From Candidatus Cloacimonadales bacterium (GTDB taxonomy: Bacteria > Cloacimonadota > Cloacimonadia > Cloacimonadales > JAFGVF01), in contig OY782781.1 of NCBI GenBank assembly GCA_963678315.1, positions 1,312,001 to 1,376,000 of the forward strand: DNA of 64,000 bases, written 5' to 3'. Each line of letters starts with the position of its first letter. The stretch's first letter is position 1. Below are positions 31,063 to 40,071 of the stretch, in pieces. The position numbers and the translations under genes were made by a program. The notes under the pieces are model-generated. The model saw nothing but the letters and a program-made list of their open reading frames with translations. It searched no databases and had not been told where the DNA came from.

Positions 31063-31938
31063 ATGAAACTATTGGGAAAATGTTCTTATATATTTATTGC
31101 CATTGCTGCCTTGAGTATAAGCACTCTAAATGCTACTCAAAGGGAAGACCAAGATGTTGTTATAAATGAGATTTGTTATAAGGCTCATGATGATTTTGAT
31201 ACAGGAGATTGGGTTGAATTATATAATAGGTCAACTCAAGCAATAGATATCAGCCAATGGCAGTTCAAAGATGAAGATGACCAGCACATTTTCGAACTTC
31301 CAGATAACACTATTATGGAAGCAGATTCCTATCTTGTTTTATATAAAGATTCCCTTCTTTTTAATGCTCTTTATCCAGACCTAGAAAATGCAATTGGACC
31401 AATAGGCTTCGGTTTTGCAGGTGGGGGAGAGCTTCTTAGACTCTATAACAGTGATGCAACTATTGTTGATTCTGTAATGTACGATGATGAAGGTGATTGG
31501 CCTACAGAAGCTGATGGTAACGGTTCGACTCTGGAACTAATCAATGCTTATTCTGATAACTATCTAGCTGCAAGCTGGAGAGCTTCAGTAGGTAGTGGAA
31601 CTCCTGGTAGCATAAACACTGCTACCCCAAATAGCAACAATGAAGTTATGCTTCCTGAAATCGTTGCTTCAGCATATCCTAATCCTTTTTCTTTAAGCAA
31701 TGAATCAGCAACAATAAACTATAAGTTAGCCAACAATAGCATTGTTGATATTTCTATATATAATATTAAAGGTCAGTTAGTTAAGAATCTTACTAATAGC
31801 TATGAAAGTGCTGGCGATAATTCTGTTCAATGGAATGGATTAAATGCTAACAATAAAAGAGTATCTTCGGGTATTTACTTTGCTAGAATTAACACAGAGA
31901 CTTCTACTATCTCAACCAAAATTGTTGTTTTGAAATAA
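31063..31938 (+). CDS. Secreted lamin-tail-domain protein with C-terminal sorting domain
   Basis: VVINEI...DWVELYN...IDISQW; GTPG; YPNPF...SGIYF. Confidence 0.88.
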   Translation: MKLLGKCSYIFIAIAALSISTLNATQREDQDVVINEICYKAHDDFDTGDWVELYNRSTQAIDISQWQFKDEDDQHIFELPDNTIMEADSYLVLYKDSLLFNALYPDLENAIGPIGFGFAGGGELLRLYNSDATIVDSVMYDDEGDWPTEADGNGSTLELINAYSDNYLAASWRASVGSGTPGSINTATPNSNNEVMLPEIVASAYPNPFSLSNESATINYKLANNSIVDISIYNIKGQLVKNLTNSYESAGDNSVQWNGLNANNKRVSSGIYFARINTETSTISTKIVVLK

Positions 31939-31958
31939 TCTAATAAGCAGAATTTGAT

Positions 31959-31989
31959 AAAGGACGTATCTATATGACACGTCCTTTTT
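31959..31989. terminator. Terminator between convergent secreted-protein genes
   Basis: AAAGGACGT...ACGTCCTTTTT. Confidence 0.75.
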
Positions 31990-32008
31990 GCTTTGAGTTA
32001 TGGAAGTA

Positions 32009-34477
32009 CTATTTTAGTTTTAGAACTTTATAGGATTTATTTTGTGAAGGAGTAACCATTTTAAAGAAATAAATACCATTAGCTGTCTTATTACCTTTTG
32101 AATCATTTCCATTCCATTCAAACTTATGATTACCTGCTGAGAATGTCTCTCTTTTAACTACTTGACCCAATATATTATACACAGTTACACTTGCTTTTTC
32201 TCCGTCTTTAACTTTAAGGTCAGCTTGAGTATTTCCTGCAAATGGTGAAGGATAAGGGTTACCTAGAACTGTTTCGGTAGGCAATTGTGGACTATCTTGT
32301 CCTGCTTGAACTTGAACCATGAATGCTTGACTAAGTTCAACTTCATTGCTTAGCTCTCTTGTTTCTAACCAGTAATAATATCTTCCTTCATAAACCTCAT
32401 CATCAATAAATGAATATTCTGTAGTTTGAGAAGTGTTGTTTGCTCCAATAATTGAACTGTTAACCCTAACTGAATTTGCTATGTTATCTGTTTCAGATCT
32501 AAGAATATTGAAACCTAAAAGATTAGATTCTGATTCTGTAATCCAGTTAATTGAAACATATTCATCTGAATAAGCTATAGCAGTAAAAGAAGCAAGAGTC
32601 ACTGGAAGTGTTTCAAAGTCTTCAAGACCTGGACTATTTAGAACTTGTGGTGAGCTGTCCCCATCCATAGCAAGATTATCATCTTCAGAAGTTGCACTAT
32701 TGTTTTCAACCACAGTGTTAGTAATGATTGGAGATGAGTTCTCTAGATATATACCAGCTCCTTGGTCATGTGGCGAAGAACCATCAGCATTACCATCGAC
32801 TATATGAAGGCCATCAAAGACAGTAATAGCTGATATGTTTTGTGAGAATAATACATGATAACTATTATCATCAGTCAATGCTGGTTGACCTATATCACCT
32901 GTTAAAATAACTAAATATTCCTCACTATTTCTGCTCTCTAAACTACTATGACTTGCTGTTGTAGCTTCTTGTGGGAAACCTCCATAGATTTTAACATCAC
33001 TATCTACAATAAATGATAAAGCTCTGTTATCAGCCTCATATCCATCAATATACTGAGTTGGGTAATAAGTTCCTTCAGCTATCCATACTTGTTCTGCTCC
33101 AGAATCAAGAGCTCCCTGTAACCAGGAAGTTGCATTCTCCCAAGAAGAACCATCACCAGATCCTTCAGCACTACTCTTAACGTAGATTATTCCATTAGCA
33201 TCTGGATTTAAAGCTACTTGATAAAAATGTTCATAAGGTCCTAAGTCTACAGAACCTTCTATAATTCTTGGATTTCCCAATATATCTTCACTAAAGGCGA
33301 GAGGAGAGTTAATATAACTATTGTTACCAGAATTTAAGCATGGAGAATTTTCCATTAATCGCCAATCACCAGCCTCCGGGTTAAAGAAGTTAGGACCTGT
33401 CAGTGCGTCGTTAGTTGCTGAAAGGCTTATGTTGTTGTAAGAACTAGATCCTGCTTCGATTGCGCAATAGCTAGTTGAGATAGAAGTTCCTCCTGTTTGA
33501 TTGCTTGAAGAATATCGTTTATTACCCCATATAATAGTGTTATAAACTTTAGTTCTACTTGAACTAGTACCGTAGCATCCAATACCACCACCTGTTCCAT
33601 TAGTTTTGTTATTTGCTATAACTGTATTTATAATGTAATGTCCTGGTGAAGACCAAGAACAACAAACACCACCTCCTCGAGCTGATGTTTTGGGAGCATA
33701 ATTATCAGTTACAATTGAGTTTATTAAGTAACCTCCATTATGAAGTTTTACTCCTCCACCATCTCCGTTATCAGTGCCACCTTCAGCGTAATTTCTGGAT
33801 ACTACACAATCTAATAGAACACCACCAGAGAAAGTAATTGCTCCCCCTGCATTTAAGGCTCTATTATATATGATTCTACAATTCTGTAAATATGCTTTAT
33901 TATTAGTTAAATGAGCTCCCCCTCCATCGTGATAAGGCTTACCTGAAACTTTTGTATTCCCATTTCCACCACTAATAGTAAATCCATCTAAATGAGTTGT
34001 TGTATAAACATTATAGAAATAGACCACATTATAGGAATTATCTGTATTCTTTACTTGAGATGAAGACCATGTTTCCCATTTAGAATAATCATCATCATTA
34101 TTCAAGTCTCCACTAAGAATAGATTCATTAACCTGACCAATCCAATAGTTACTTCTTTCATCTATTGATGTTTCATTGCCTGCAAATCCTCCATAAACAT
34201 CAATGCCAGATCTAATGATAAATGTTTTTGTTCTATTTTGGACTAAGCTACTAGTATAGCCTTTGGGATTATAACTTGTTGGCATATATTTACCTTTTGC
34301 TACCCACACATCATCACCACTTGAGGCTTGGTCAATAGCATCTTGAACTTCATTAAAAGCAGTCGCCCATGTTAAACCATCGCTGTTATCACCAGTTTTT
34401 GAAACATAATAAATCGATGCAAATAGATTTACTGTTGTTAAAATAACCAAAGCTATTAAGATACTAACTTTCTTCAT
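32009..34477 (-). CDS. Secreted right-handed beta-helix (pectin-lyase-like, choice-of-anchor Q type) protein with duplicated N-cap and C-terminal sorting domain
   Basis: Start MKKVSIL at 34477 (AAGGAG RBS); two DG-SW-A...VWVA-G-Y-P modules; GGG repeats; DILGNPRI...VDLGPYE; LPVTLASF; YPSPF C-terminal domain. Confidence 0.85.
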   Translation of the reverse strand: MKKVSILIALVILTTVNLFASIYYVSKTGDNSDGLTWATAFNEVQDAIDQASSGDDVWVAKGKYMPTSYNPKGYTSSLVQNRTKTFIIRSGIDVYGGFAGNETSIDERSNYWIGQVNESILSGDLNNDDDYSKWETWSSSQVKNTDNSYNVVYFYNVYTTTHLDGFTISGGNGNTKVSGKPYHDGGGAHLTNNKAYLQNCRIIYNRALNAGGAITFSGGVLLDCVVSRNYAEGGTDNGDGGGVKLHNGGYLINSIVTDNYAPKTSARGGGVCCSWSSPGHYIINTVIANNKTNGTGGGIGCYGTSSSRTKVYNTIIWGNKRYSSSNQTGGTSISTSYCAIEAGSSSYNNISLSATNDALTGPNFFNPEAGDWRLMENSPCLNSGNNSYINSPLAFSEDILGNPRIIEGSVDLGPYEHFYQVALNPDANGIIYVKSSAEGSGDGSSWENATSWLQGALDSGAEQVWIAEGTYYPTQYIDGYEADNRALSFIVDSDVKIYGGFPQEATTASHSSLESRNSEEYLVILTGDIGQPALTDDNSYHVLFSQNISAITVFDGLHIVDGNADGSSPHDQGAGIYLENSSPIITNTVVENNSATSEDDNLAMDGDSSPQVLNSPGLEDFETLPVTLASFTAIAYSDEYVSINWITESESNLLGFNILRSETDNIANSVRVNSSIIGANNTSQTTEYSFIDDEVYEGRYYYWLETRELSNEVELSQAFMVQVQAGQDSPQLPTETVLGNPYPSPFAGNTQADLKVKDGEKASVTVYNILGQVVKRETFSAGNHKFEWNGNDSKGNKTANGIYFFKMVTPSQNKSYKVLKLK

Positions 34478-34679
34478 AAGTTCTCCTTTGTTCATTAAAG
34501 TCATTAATTATTTTAGTAACTTCATCAATTTCTCTTATTGAGAAAAAGAAGTTAACAATTTCCCCATCATTTTTTGTAATGGTTGTTACCCATTGCTTGT
34601 GAAACCATGCTGGGTAACTTACAAGTATCGCTGATTCAAGCTCTTTGGCAAAATATTCTAAATTATTATTTTTATTCAT
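34464..34679 (-). CDS. Possible 71-aa near-leaderless upstream ORF
   Basis: ATG about 3 nt after the predicted sigma54 start site; stop overlaps the start of the next gene; no RBS and no recognised family. Confidence 0.3.
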   Translation of the reverse strand: MNKNNNLEYFAKELESAILVSYPAWFHKQWVTTITKNDGEIVNFFFSIREIDEVTKIINDFNEQRRTYEES

Positions 34680-34692
34680 ACAATGATACTAC

Positions 34693-34708
34693 TGCAATGT
34701 TTGTTCCA
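34693..34708 (-). promoter_or_regulatory. sigma54 (-24/-12) promoter
   Basis: Minus strand TGGAAC-AAACA-TTGCA; exact GG-N10-GC spacing; next to a sigma54 activator gene. Confidence 0.75.
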
Positions 34709-34772
34709 TTTTTAGTATGTCTTGTTAATACATTAACTAACAATAATTTAACATGTGAATGCTTCTATTTCT

Positions 34773-34832
34773 TATCGAATTACGATATAACTTTATCCCG
34801 TTATTGGGATTGTATTTCTTTCGTTTTCGGGA
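34773..34832. promoter_or_regulatory. Candidate upstream activator sequences
   Basis: Palindromes TATCG-N5-CGATA (34773) and ATCCC-N6-GGGAT (34795), plus a half-site TTCGGGAT, about 90-150 bp upstream of the predicted start site. Confidence 0.5.
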
Positions 34833-34863
34833 TAGCTGATACTTTTGACTTGACATTAATCAT

Positions 34864-37152
34864 TTGCTAAAGAGTATTTTGTTAGGAGTTAATATGTCAG
34901 TAACTAAACAACTAATTAATAAAGACGTTAAAGAGTTTTTTGAAAGAATATTATTAGAGAAGAATGACGGTAGTGGAAATGAACAGTTAATGAATCTTAT
35001 CGAAGATTTATATAGGCAGTTTTCTCAATTCAATAAATTTAACTACAAACCATCAAAAAGTTCATGTATTTATTTTATTGAGACAGCCTTAATTGAATCT
35101 AAGATGACAACTCTTTGTCCTTCTGCTTCTCACTTGATAAGAATAAAAACAGTAGGCAACTATTTGAGTGATTATGACAAGGTGCTTGAAATATTTGTTG
35201 GCTATTTCATTCAGTCAATCTTCTATTTTAAAGATCAAACTGAAGACTTTATCAAAGAAATATTACATTTTATAGATAGTCATGATATAAGAACTTCACT
35301 TGCATACGCTTATAGTCAGATAATGATGTATTATTCCTCCAAGAGAGAATTTGAGAAAGCAAGTCTAATCAATCACCGTTTTTCAAGCTATATATCTATA
35401 GACAATTCAGAAGATTCCATGGCATATTATTATCTAGCGCTGGGTAAATTCAATTTTGCTAAGAAGAACATGTATCAAACTATTTACTACTTAAAGAAAG
35501 TATTCAAAAATAAGTCTATAAAGACAAAGAACAAGTCTGTTATTTATAGGGCATATTATGTAATGGCAATAGCTTATGCATCTAACTCAATGTTAGATTC
35601 AGCAATAAAGTACATAGATAAGTGTTTAGAAGAAGAATGTCCATTAGATAGAGTACAGATAAAGCTCATGAAAGCAAGAATGCTTGGTCAGAACAAAGAA
35701 TATACAAAGGCAATTACATTGATTGATGAGCTTTACTTAAACACTCCTACTCAAGAGTTGCAGAATAGGCTGACCCAAGAGAAATTTATGATTGCAATTA
35801 TGAATAAGCAGAATGATGATGCACATGACATTTATTGTGCTAATAAAGTCTCAATTGAGCAAAACGTTCCAGACTTATTCTTGTATTCATATTACCTTGA
35901 ACAATCATTAATAGATAAAATTGATATAGAAGCTGTCAAGGATAAGATAAGTAATGAGTTAGCAAGCAAGAAAGATTATTGTTTAGAGTATGTTTCATTG
36001 TTGGTTGAGTATTATCTTAAGATAAAAGACACTAATTCTGCTAATTATTATTTTGAGATGTTTCGTAAATACAACAGTACTTTCAAAAGAGAGAAAAGTT
36101 CTTCTCAACTAGAGTATTTTGAAGAGTTAGCAAATTCTTATGAAGCACTATCTAATCAAGATATTATAAAGAAAGAACTCCATTATGAGAAGCTTTCTTC
36201 TGAGTTAGAACAGTCTATTATTGGCAAATCTCTAGTAATCAATAAAATAAAGAAGGAAAGTTCTAATGTTGCTAAAGCTAGCTTTAGCAATGTATTGTTA
36301 CAAGGTGAAACAGGTGTTGGTAAAGAGTTGCTTGCTAAATATATCCACTATGCAAGTAACAGGAATAAACATAATTTCTGTGAGTTAAATCTTGCTTCAA
36401 TAACACCTAATCTTATAGAATCTGAGTTGTTCGGTTATAAAAAAGGTGCTTTTACAGGGGCTCATAAAGATAAATTAGGTCTTCTAAATATTGCAGATAA
36501 TGGAACTTTATTTCTTGATGAAGTATCAGAAATTCCTCTTGATTTACAAGCAAAGCTTCTGAAAGTTCTAGAAGAAAAAGAATTTTATCCTTTAGGTTCA
36601 ACAGTATCCACTAAATCAGATTTCCGGATTATAAGTGCTTCAAACAAGAATTTACTTGAATTAGTAAATCAAAATAAATTTAGATTAGATCTATACTATA
36701 GACTTTGCAACTATGAAATTAATATTCCTCCATTGCGTGAAAGAGCTAAGGATATACTTCTAATCGCAGAACATTTTCTTGAATATTACTGTAGTAAGCT
36801 TAACATTGATAAACCTATTTTTGATGAAGAAGCAAATGCTCTTCTAATGGGATATTCTTACCCTGGTAATGTGCGAGAATTAAAGAATATAATGCAACGT
36901 ATTTCCATTTCACTGATTAATAACGAGGATATTCACTATATTTTGAAATGCTACTTTGGTTTAAACAATACTAATAATCAAGAATCCATGACAAAAGAGC
37001 TAAAGCTTGACGAAGTAATCAAGAATGCTGTCATTGATGCCTTAAAGCAAACTAATGGAGTACAGAGTCAAGCTGCTAAACTACTAGGTATTACTGCTAA
37101 TTCAATAGCAAGAAGAATTCACAAATATAAATTATATGACTACTGCAAATAG
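34864..37152 (+). CDS. sigma54-dependent activator (bEBP) with TPR-like N-terminal region and Fis-type HTH
   Basis: GETGVGKE, ESELFG, GAFTGA, LFLDE, FRLDLYYRL and YPGNVREL motifs, C-terminal HTH; the true start may be MSVTK at 34894. Confidence 0.95.
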   Translation: MLKSILLGVNMSVTKQLINKDVKEFFERILLEKNDGSGNEQLMNLIEDLYRQFSQFNKFNYKPSKSSCIYFIETALIESKMTTLCPSASHLIRIKTVGNYLSDYDKVLEIFVGYFIQSIFYFKDQTEDFIKEILHFIDSHDIRTSLAYAYSQIMMYYSSKREFEKASLINHRFSSYISIDNSEDSMAYYYLALGKFNFAKKNMYQTIYYLKKVFKNKSIKTKNKSVIYRAYYVMAIAYASNSMLDSAIKYIDKCLEEECPLDRVQIKLMKARMLGQNKEYTKAITLIDELYLNTPTQELQNRLTQEKFMIAIMNKQNDDAHDIYCANKVSIEQNVPDLFLYSYYLEQSLIDKIDIEAVKDKISNELASKKDYCLEYVSLLVEYYLKIKDTNSANYYFEMFRKYNSTFKREKSSSQLEYFEELANSYEALSNQDIIKKELHYEKLSSELEQSIIGKSLVINKIKKESSNVAKASFSNVLLQGETGVGKELLAKYIHYASNRNKHNFCELNLASITPNLIESELFGYKKGAFTGAHKDKLGLLNIADNGTLFLDEVSEIPLDLQAKLLKVLEEKEFYPLGSTVSTKSDFRIISASNKNLLELVNQNKFRLDLYYRLCNYEINIPPLRERAKDILLIAEHFLEYYCSKLNIDKPIFDEEANALLMGYSYPGNVRELKNIMQRISISLINNEDIHYILKCYFGLNNTNNQESMTKELKLDEVIKNAVIDALKQTNGVQSQAAKLLGITANSIARRIHKYKLYDYCK

Positions 37153-37160
37153 AATCTACA

Positions 37161-37575
37161 TACTTTGGACACAAGCTTCTAGCTTGTATCTGAGACATTT
37201 TTCCAAACGTCTCTACAGTTGGATTGCAAGCAACAGTATTCGCCTGTCACAGTCCCTGCTTGCGAAAGTGTTTGGGATTGTAAGCTTCCCAGCTTACGAA
37301 TCTATTTTGCGTAAGCATGAACTTTGTTCAACCTATCGGTGGATGCTTACACTCCCTTTTCTGAGACGTTTTCAAACGTCTTTACTTTGGTACACAAGCT
37401 TCTAGCTTGTATCTGAGATGTTTTTCCAAACGTCTCTACTGTTGCTTGCACCCCAAAACCTTTTCTGTAGATACACACGGACGTGTGTATATGAAGTTCA
37501 TGAAAATGAACGAATAAAAATCATTTGATAAACGATGAAATACTTTTTATCATCGAGACGAATGTCCGTTCGTCT
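37161..37575. repeat. Composite REP-like cluster
   Basis: ~56 bp direct repeat at 37161 and 37383; GAGACG...CGTCTCTAC hairpins (GTAG-type); GGATTG...CGAA and GCGTAAGCAT...ATGCTTACACTCC modules shared with 63553-63865. Confidence 0.8.
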
Positions 37576-37610
37576 CTATAAGATATTGTCCAGTCCTAAA
37601 TAATTTGACT

Positions 37611-37770
37611 GTTTTTCGTGTTATTCGTGCTTTTCGTGGTAAACTTCTCTGTTTGCAGATAAAGCTTAGCCTTTATGTCGCCCTTTCAGGGCTTTTTTTA
37701 TTTTTTAACTATTACATGGAGGGCAAGCCTCCATGCTTAGTATATGCCACCCCTTCGGGGTTTTTATGGA
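37611..37770 (-). repeat. Inverted single copy of the 181 bp unit arrayed at 50651-51096
   Basis: Reverse complement contains CCCCGAAGGGGTGGCATATACTAAGCATGG...AGCCCTGAAAGGGCGACATAAAGG...ATCTGCAAA...TTTACCACGAAAA. Confidence 0.85.
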
Positions 37771-37781
37771 TATCCTAATAG

Positions 37782-37860
37782 CTCCTCACTCCTAACTCCT
37801 AACTTCTAACTTAAGTGCCACCTTGAAAAAATGGCTTTTTTTCAATGAGGCCATTAAGGG
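37782..37860. repeat. Heptamer tandem plus P1 palindrome, copy 3
   Basis: (CTCCTCA/CTCCTAA)n then CTTAAGTGCCACCTTGAAAAAA...TTTTTTCAATGAGGCCATTAAGGG. Confidence 0.85.
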
Positions 37861-38141
37861 AGCAGTTACTGGCAATACAACGTTACTAGCTGACAAAGAG
37901 GAATAATTTTGTCAAATCAGAATAATATAAGCATTCCTGTAAAAAGCATGAGTTAATTTCTAGTAAAGATATTACTTGACCCCTATTAAGTAATTTTAGA
38001 AATTGTTGTTAGCTACAAGTTTTAGTTTATTTACAATCAGTTATACATTTTTTTTGCTACTCTTAAAGGTTTCTAGCACTTGACTTTAGTTAGTGATTTT
38101 AACAGCAGAATATCTGCAATAATAAAGTTAAAGGTGGTAGT

Positions 38142-38870
38142 ATGAAACGCTTATTTGTTCTTTTATTTGTTGTGTTAACTTGTTCAATGTTTGCTCAAAA
38201 TGTACAGGTTCATTATGATTTTGGCGATGGTGATGAAGGTGAAAAAGGTAACAGAGAACATTTTACAACTACAGTAGAAATGCTTAAGTTTGACCAGTGG
38301 GGTTCAACTTTTGCTTTTATCGACTTCGATTACAATGATAATGCAGAGAAGCAAAGTGCTTCTGGAGCTTATTGGGAAATCACAAGAATGTTCAACATTC
38401 CTAAAGTTAATGGTCTACAATTAGGTCTTCAATACAATGATGGTCTAGGTTTAGCATATACAGAAACTTATGATAACGTTAGTTCAGGTTTCGGTAATGT
38501 ATGGCTTGCAGGTATTCAATATCCAATAGATTTAAAAGTAGTTACCTTGTACACAAGCTTATGGGTAAGAGAAGCTGAAGGTCAAGATACAAACTTCCAA
38601 GCAACAGTAGTTTGGACTAAAAAGTTCCTTGAAGATCAAATTGTTTTTACAGGTTTCTTGGATTTCTGGGGACAAGACAATGCTGATTGGGATGAAGATG
38701 GAACAGATTCACAATATGTATTACTTACAGAACCACAAATCTGGTGGGATATGCCTTGGGTTGATCAATTATCAATTGGTACTGAAGTTGAAATCAGCAA
38801 AAACTTTATATATGGTGCAAATGATGATTTAAAAGTATGCCCAACACTTGGCATGAAATGGGAATTCTAG
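38142..38870 (+). CDS. DUF5020 / Tsx-like outer-membrane nucleoside channel
   Basis: QNVQVHYDFG, TTTVEM..FDQWGSTF.FID, AYWEI, LTEPQIW; terminal Phe. Confidence 0.75.
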   Translation: MKRLFVLLFVVLTCSMFAQNVQVHYDFGDGDEGEKGNREHFTTTVEMLKFDQWGSTFAFIDFDYNDNAEKQSASGAYWEITRMFNIPKVNGLQLGLQYNDGLGLAYTETYDNVSSGFGNVWLAGIQYPIDLKVVTLYTSLWVREAEGQDTNFQATVVWTKKFLEDQIVFTGFLDFWGQDNADWDEDGTDSQYVLLTEPQIWWDMPWVDQLSIGTEVEISKNFIYGANDDLKVCPTLGMKWEF

Positions 38871-38905
38871 AAAATAATAATAATTAAAGAATAAAGAGGA
38901 TTTAA

Positions 38906-39985
38906 ATGAAAAGACTTACTTGTCTCATTTTAATTGTGGTAGTTGCTATTTTAATGCTTGCTTGCGGTGCTGAAAAGAAGGCTGATAACAATAAGCTTAA
39001 AGTTGGTTTCGTGTATGTTGGTCCTATCGGAGATGGTGGCTGGACCTATGCTCATAATGAAGGAAGATTAGCCATTGAGAAGATGGATATAGTAGAAAAG
39101 ACTATTTTTTCAGAAAGTGTTGCTGAAAGTGCTGATGCTGAAAGTACAATTAGAAAAATGGCTAATGCTGATTGTGATATTATCTTCACTACCTCTTATG
39201 GTTTCATGGATTACACAGTAAACGCAGCTAAAGACTATCCAGAAAAAACATTTATGCATTGTTCTGGATATAAGACTACAGATAATGTAAGTGCATATTT
39301 TGGTAAAATGTATCAAGCTAGATATTTAGCTGGTATCTCAGCTGGAAAAATGACTGAAAATAATTTAATCGGATATGTTGCTCCTTACGAAAATCCTGAA
39401 TGTATTAGAATAGCAAATGCTTTCTATTTAGGGGCTAAGAGCGTTAATCCAGATGTAAAAATGAAATTAGTTTATGTTAACAGCTGGTATGATCCTGCAA
39501 AAGAAAAAGAATATACCTTATCTCTTATTGATGCAGGTTGTGATTTAATTGCTCAACATGCTGATTCTGCTGCTCCACAACAAGCTGCTGAAGAAAGAGG
39601 CGTATGGTGTATTGGATACAACACTGATATGAGAGATTTTGCTCCAAAAATGAATATTACTTCAACAGTATGGGATTGGAGTGGTTTCTACACAGATGTT
39701 GTTGAAAAAGTACATGAAGGTACATGGGAATCAGGCAAATATAATCCTGGAATAGAATCAGGTATCGTTGGATTAGCTCCATTTAATGAAGCTGTACCAA
39801 AAGAAATTGTAGAACTAGTAGAAGCAAAGAAATTAGAAATCATTGAAGGTAAATTAAAAGTATTTGCTGGTCCTATTAATGATTCTCAAGGTCAACTCAA
39901 GGTTAATGAAGGTGCTGTTGCTACTAGTGATGAACTTTCAACGATGGATTGGTATGTCGAAGGAATAATGGCTGACAAGAAATAA
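38906..39985 (+). CDS. BMP family ABC substrate-binding lipoprotein (purine nucleoside type)
   Basis: Lipobox MLAC; VGFVYVGPIGDGGWTYAH; FTTSYGF; SWYDP. Confidence 0.95.
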   Translation: MKRLTCLILIVVVAILMLACGAEKKADNNKLKVGFVYVGPIGDGGWTYAHNEGRLAIEKMDIVEKTIFSESVAESADAESTIRKMANADCDIIFTTSYGFMDYTVNAAKDYPEKTFMHCSGYKTTDNVSAYFGKMYQARYLAGISAGKMTENNLIGYVAPYENPECIRIANAFYLGAKSVNPDVKMKLVYVNSWYDPAKEKEYTLSLIDAGCDLIAQHADSAAPQQAAEERGVWCIGYNTDMRDFAPKMNITSTVWDWSGFYTDVVEKVHEGTWESGKYNPGIESGIVGLAPFNEAVPKEIVELVEAKKLEIIEGKLKVFAGPINDSQGQLKVNEGAVATSDELSTMDWYVEGIMADKK

Positions 39986-40000
39986 ATATCTATAACTTTT

Positions 40001-40028
40001 AGGGAGTGCTTTATGCATTCCCTTTTTT
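40001..40028 (+). terminator. Intra-operon hairpin after the BMP gene
   Basis: AGGGAGTGC-TTTAT-GCATTCCCT followed by TTTTT. Confidence 0.7.
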
Positions 40029-40071
40029 ATATTTTCTCAAACATTAATCCCAATTTGGGTTTATCAAGGTA

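Noticed and set aside
37136..37405. 89-aa ORF
   Set aside because: Lies entirely on the repeat cluster; no protein-like features
37980..38141. Purine riboswitch upstream of the nucleoside operon
   Set aside because: Only a GTTTCTA fragment is present; the AATATGG and CCGTAAA loops and P1-P3 stems are not found
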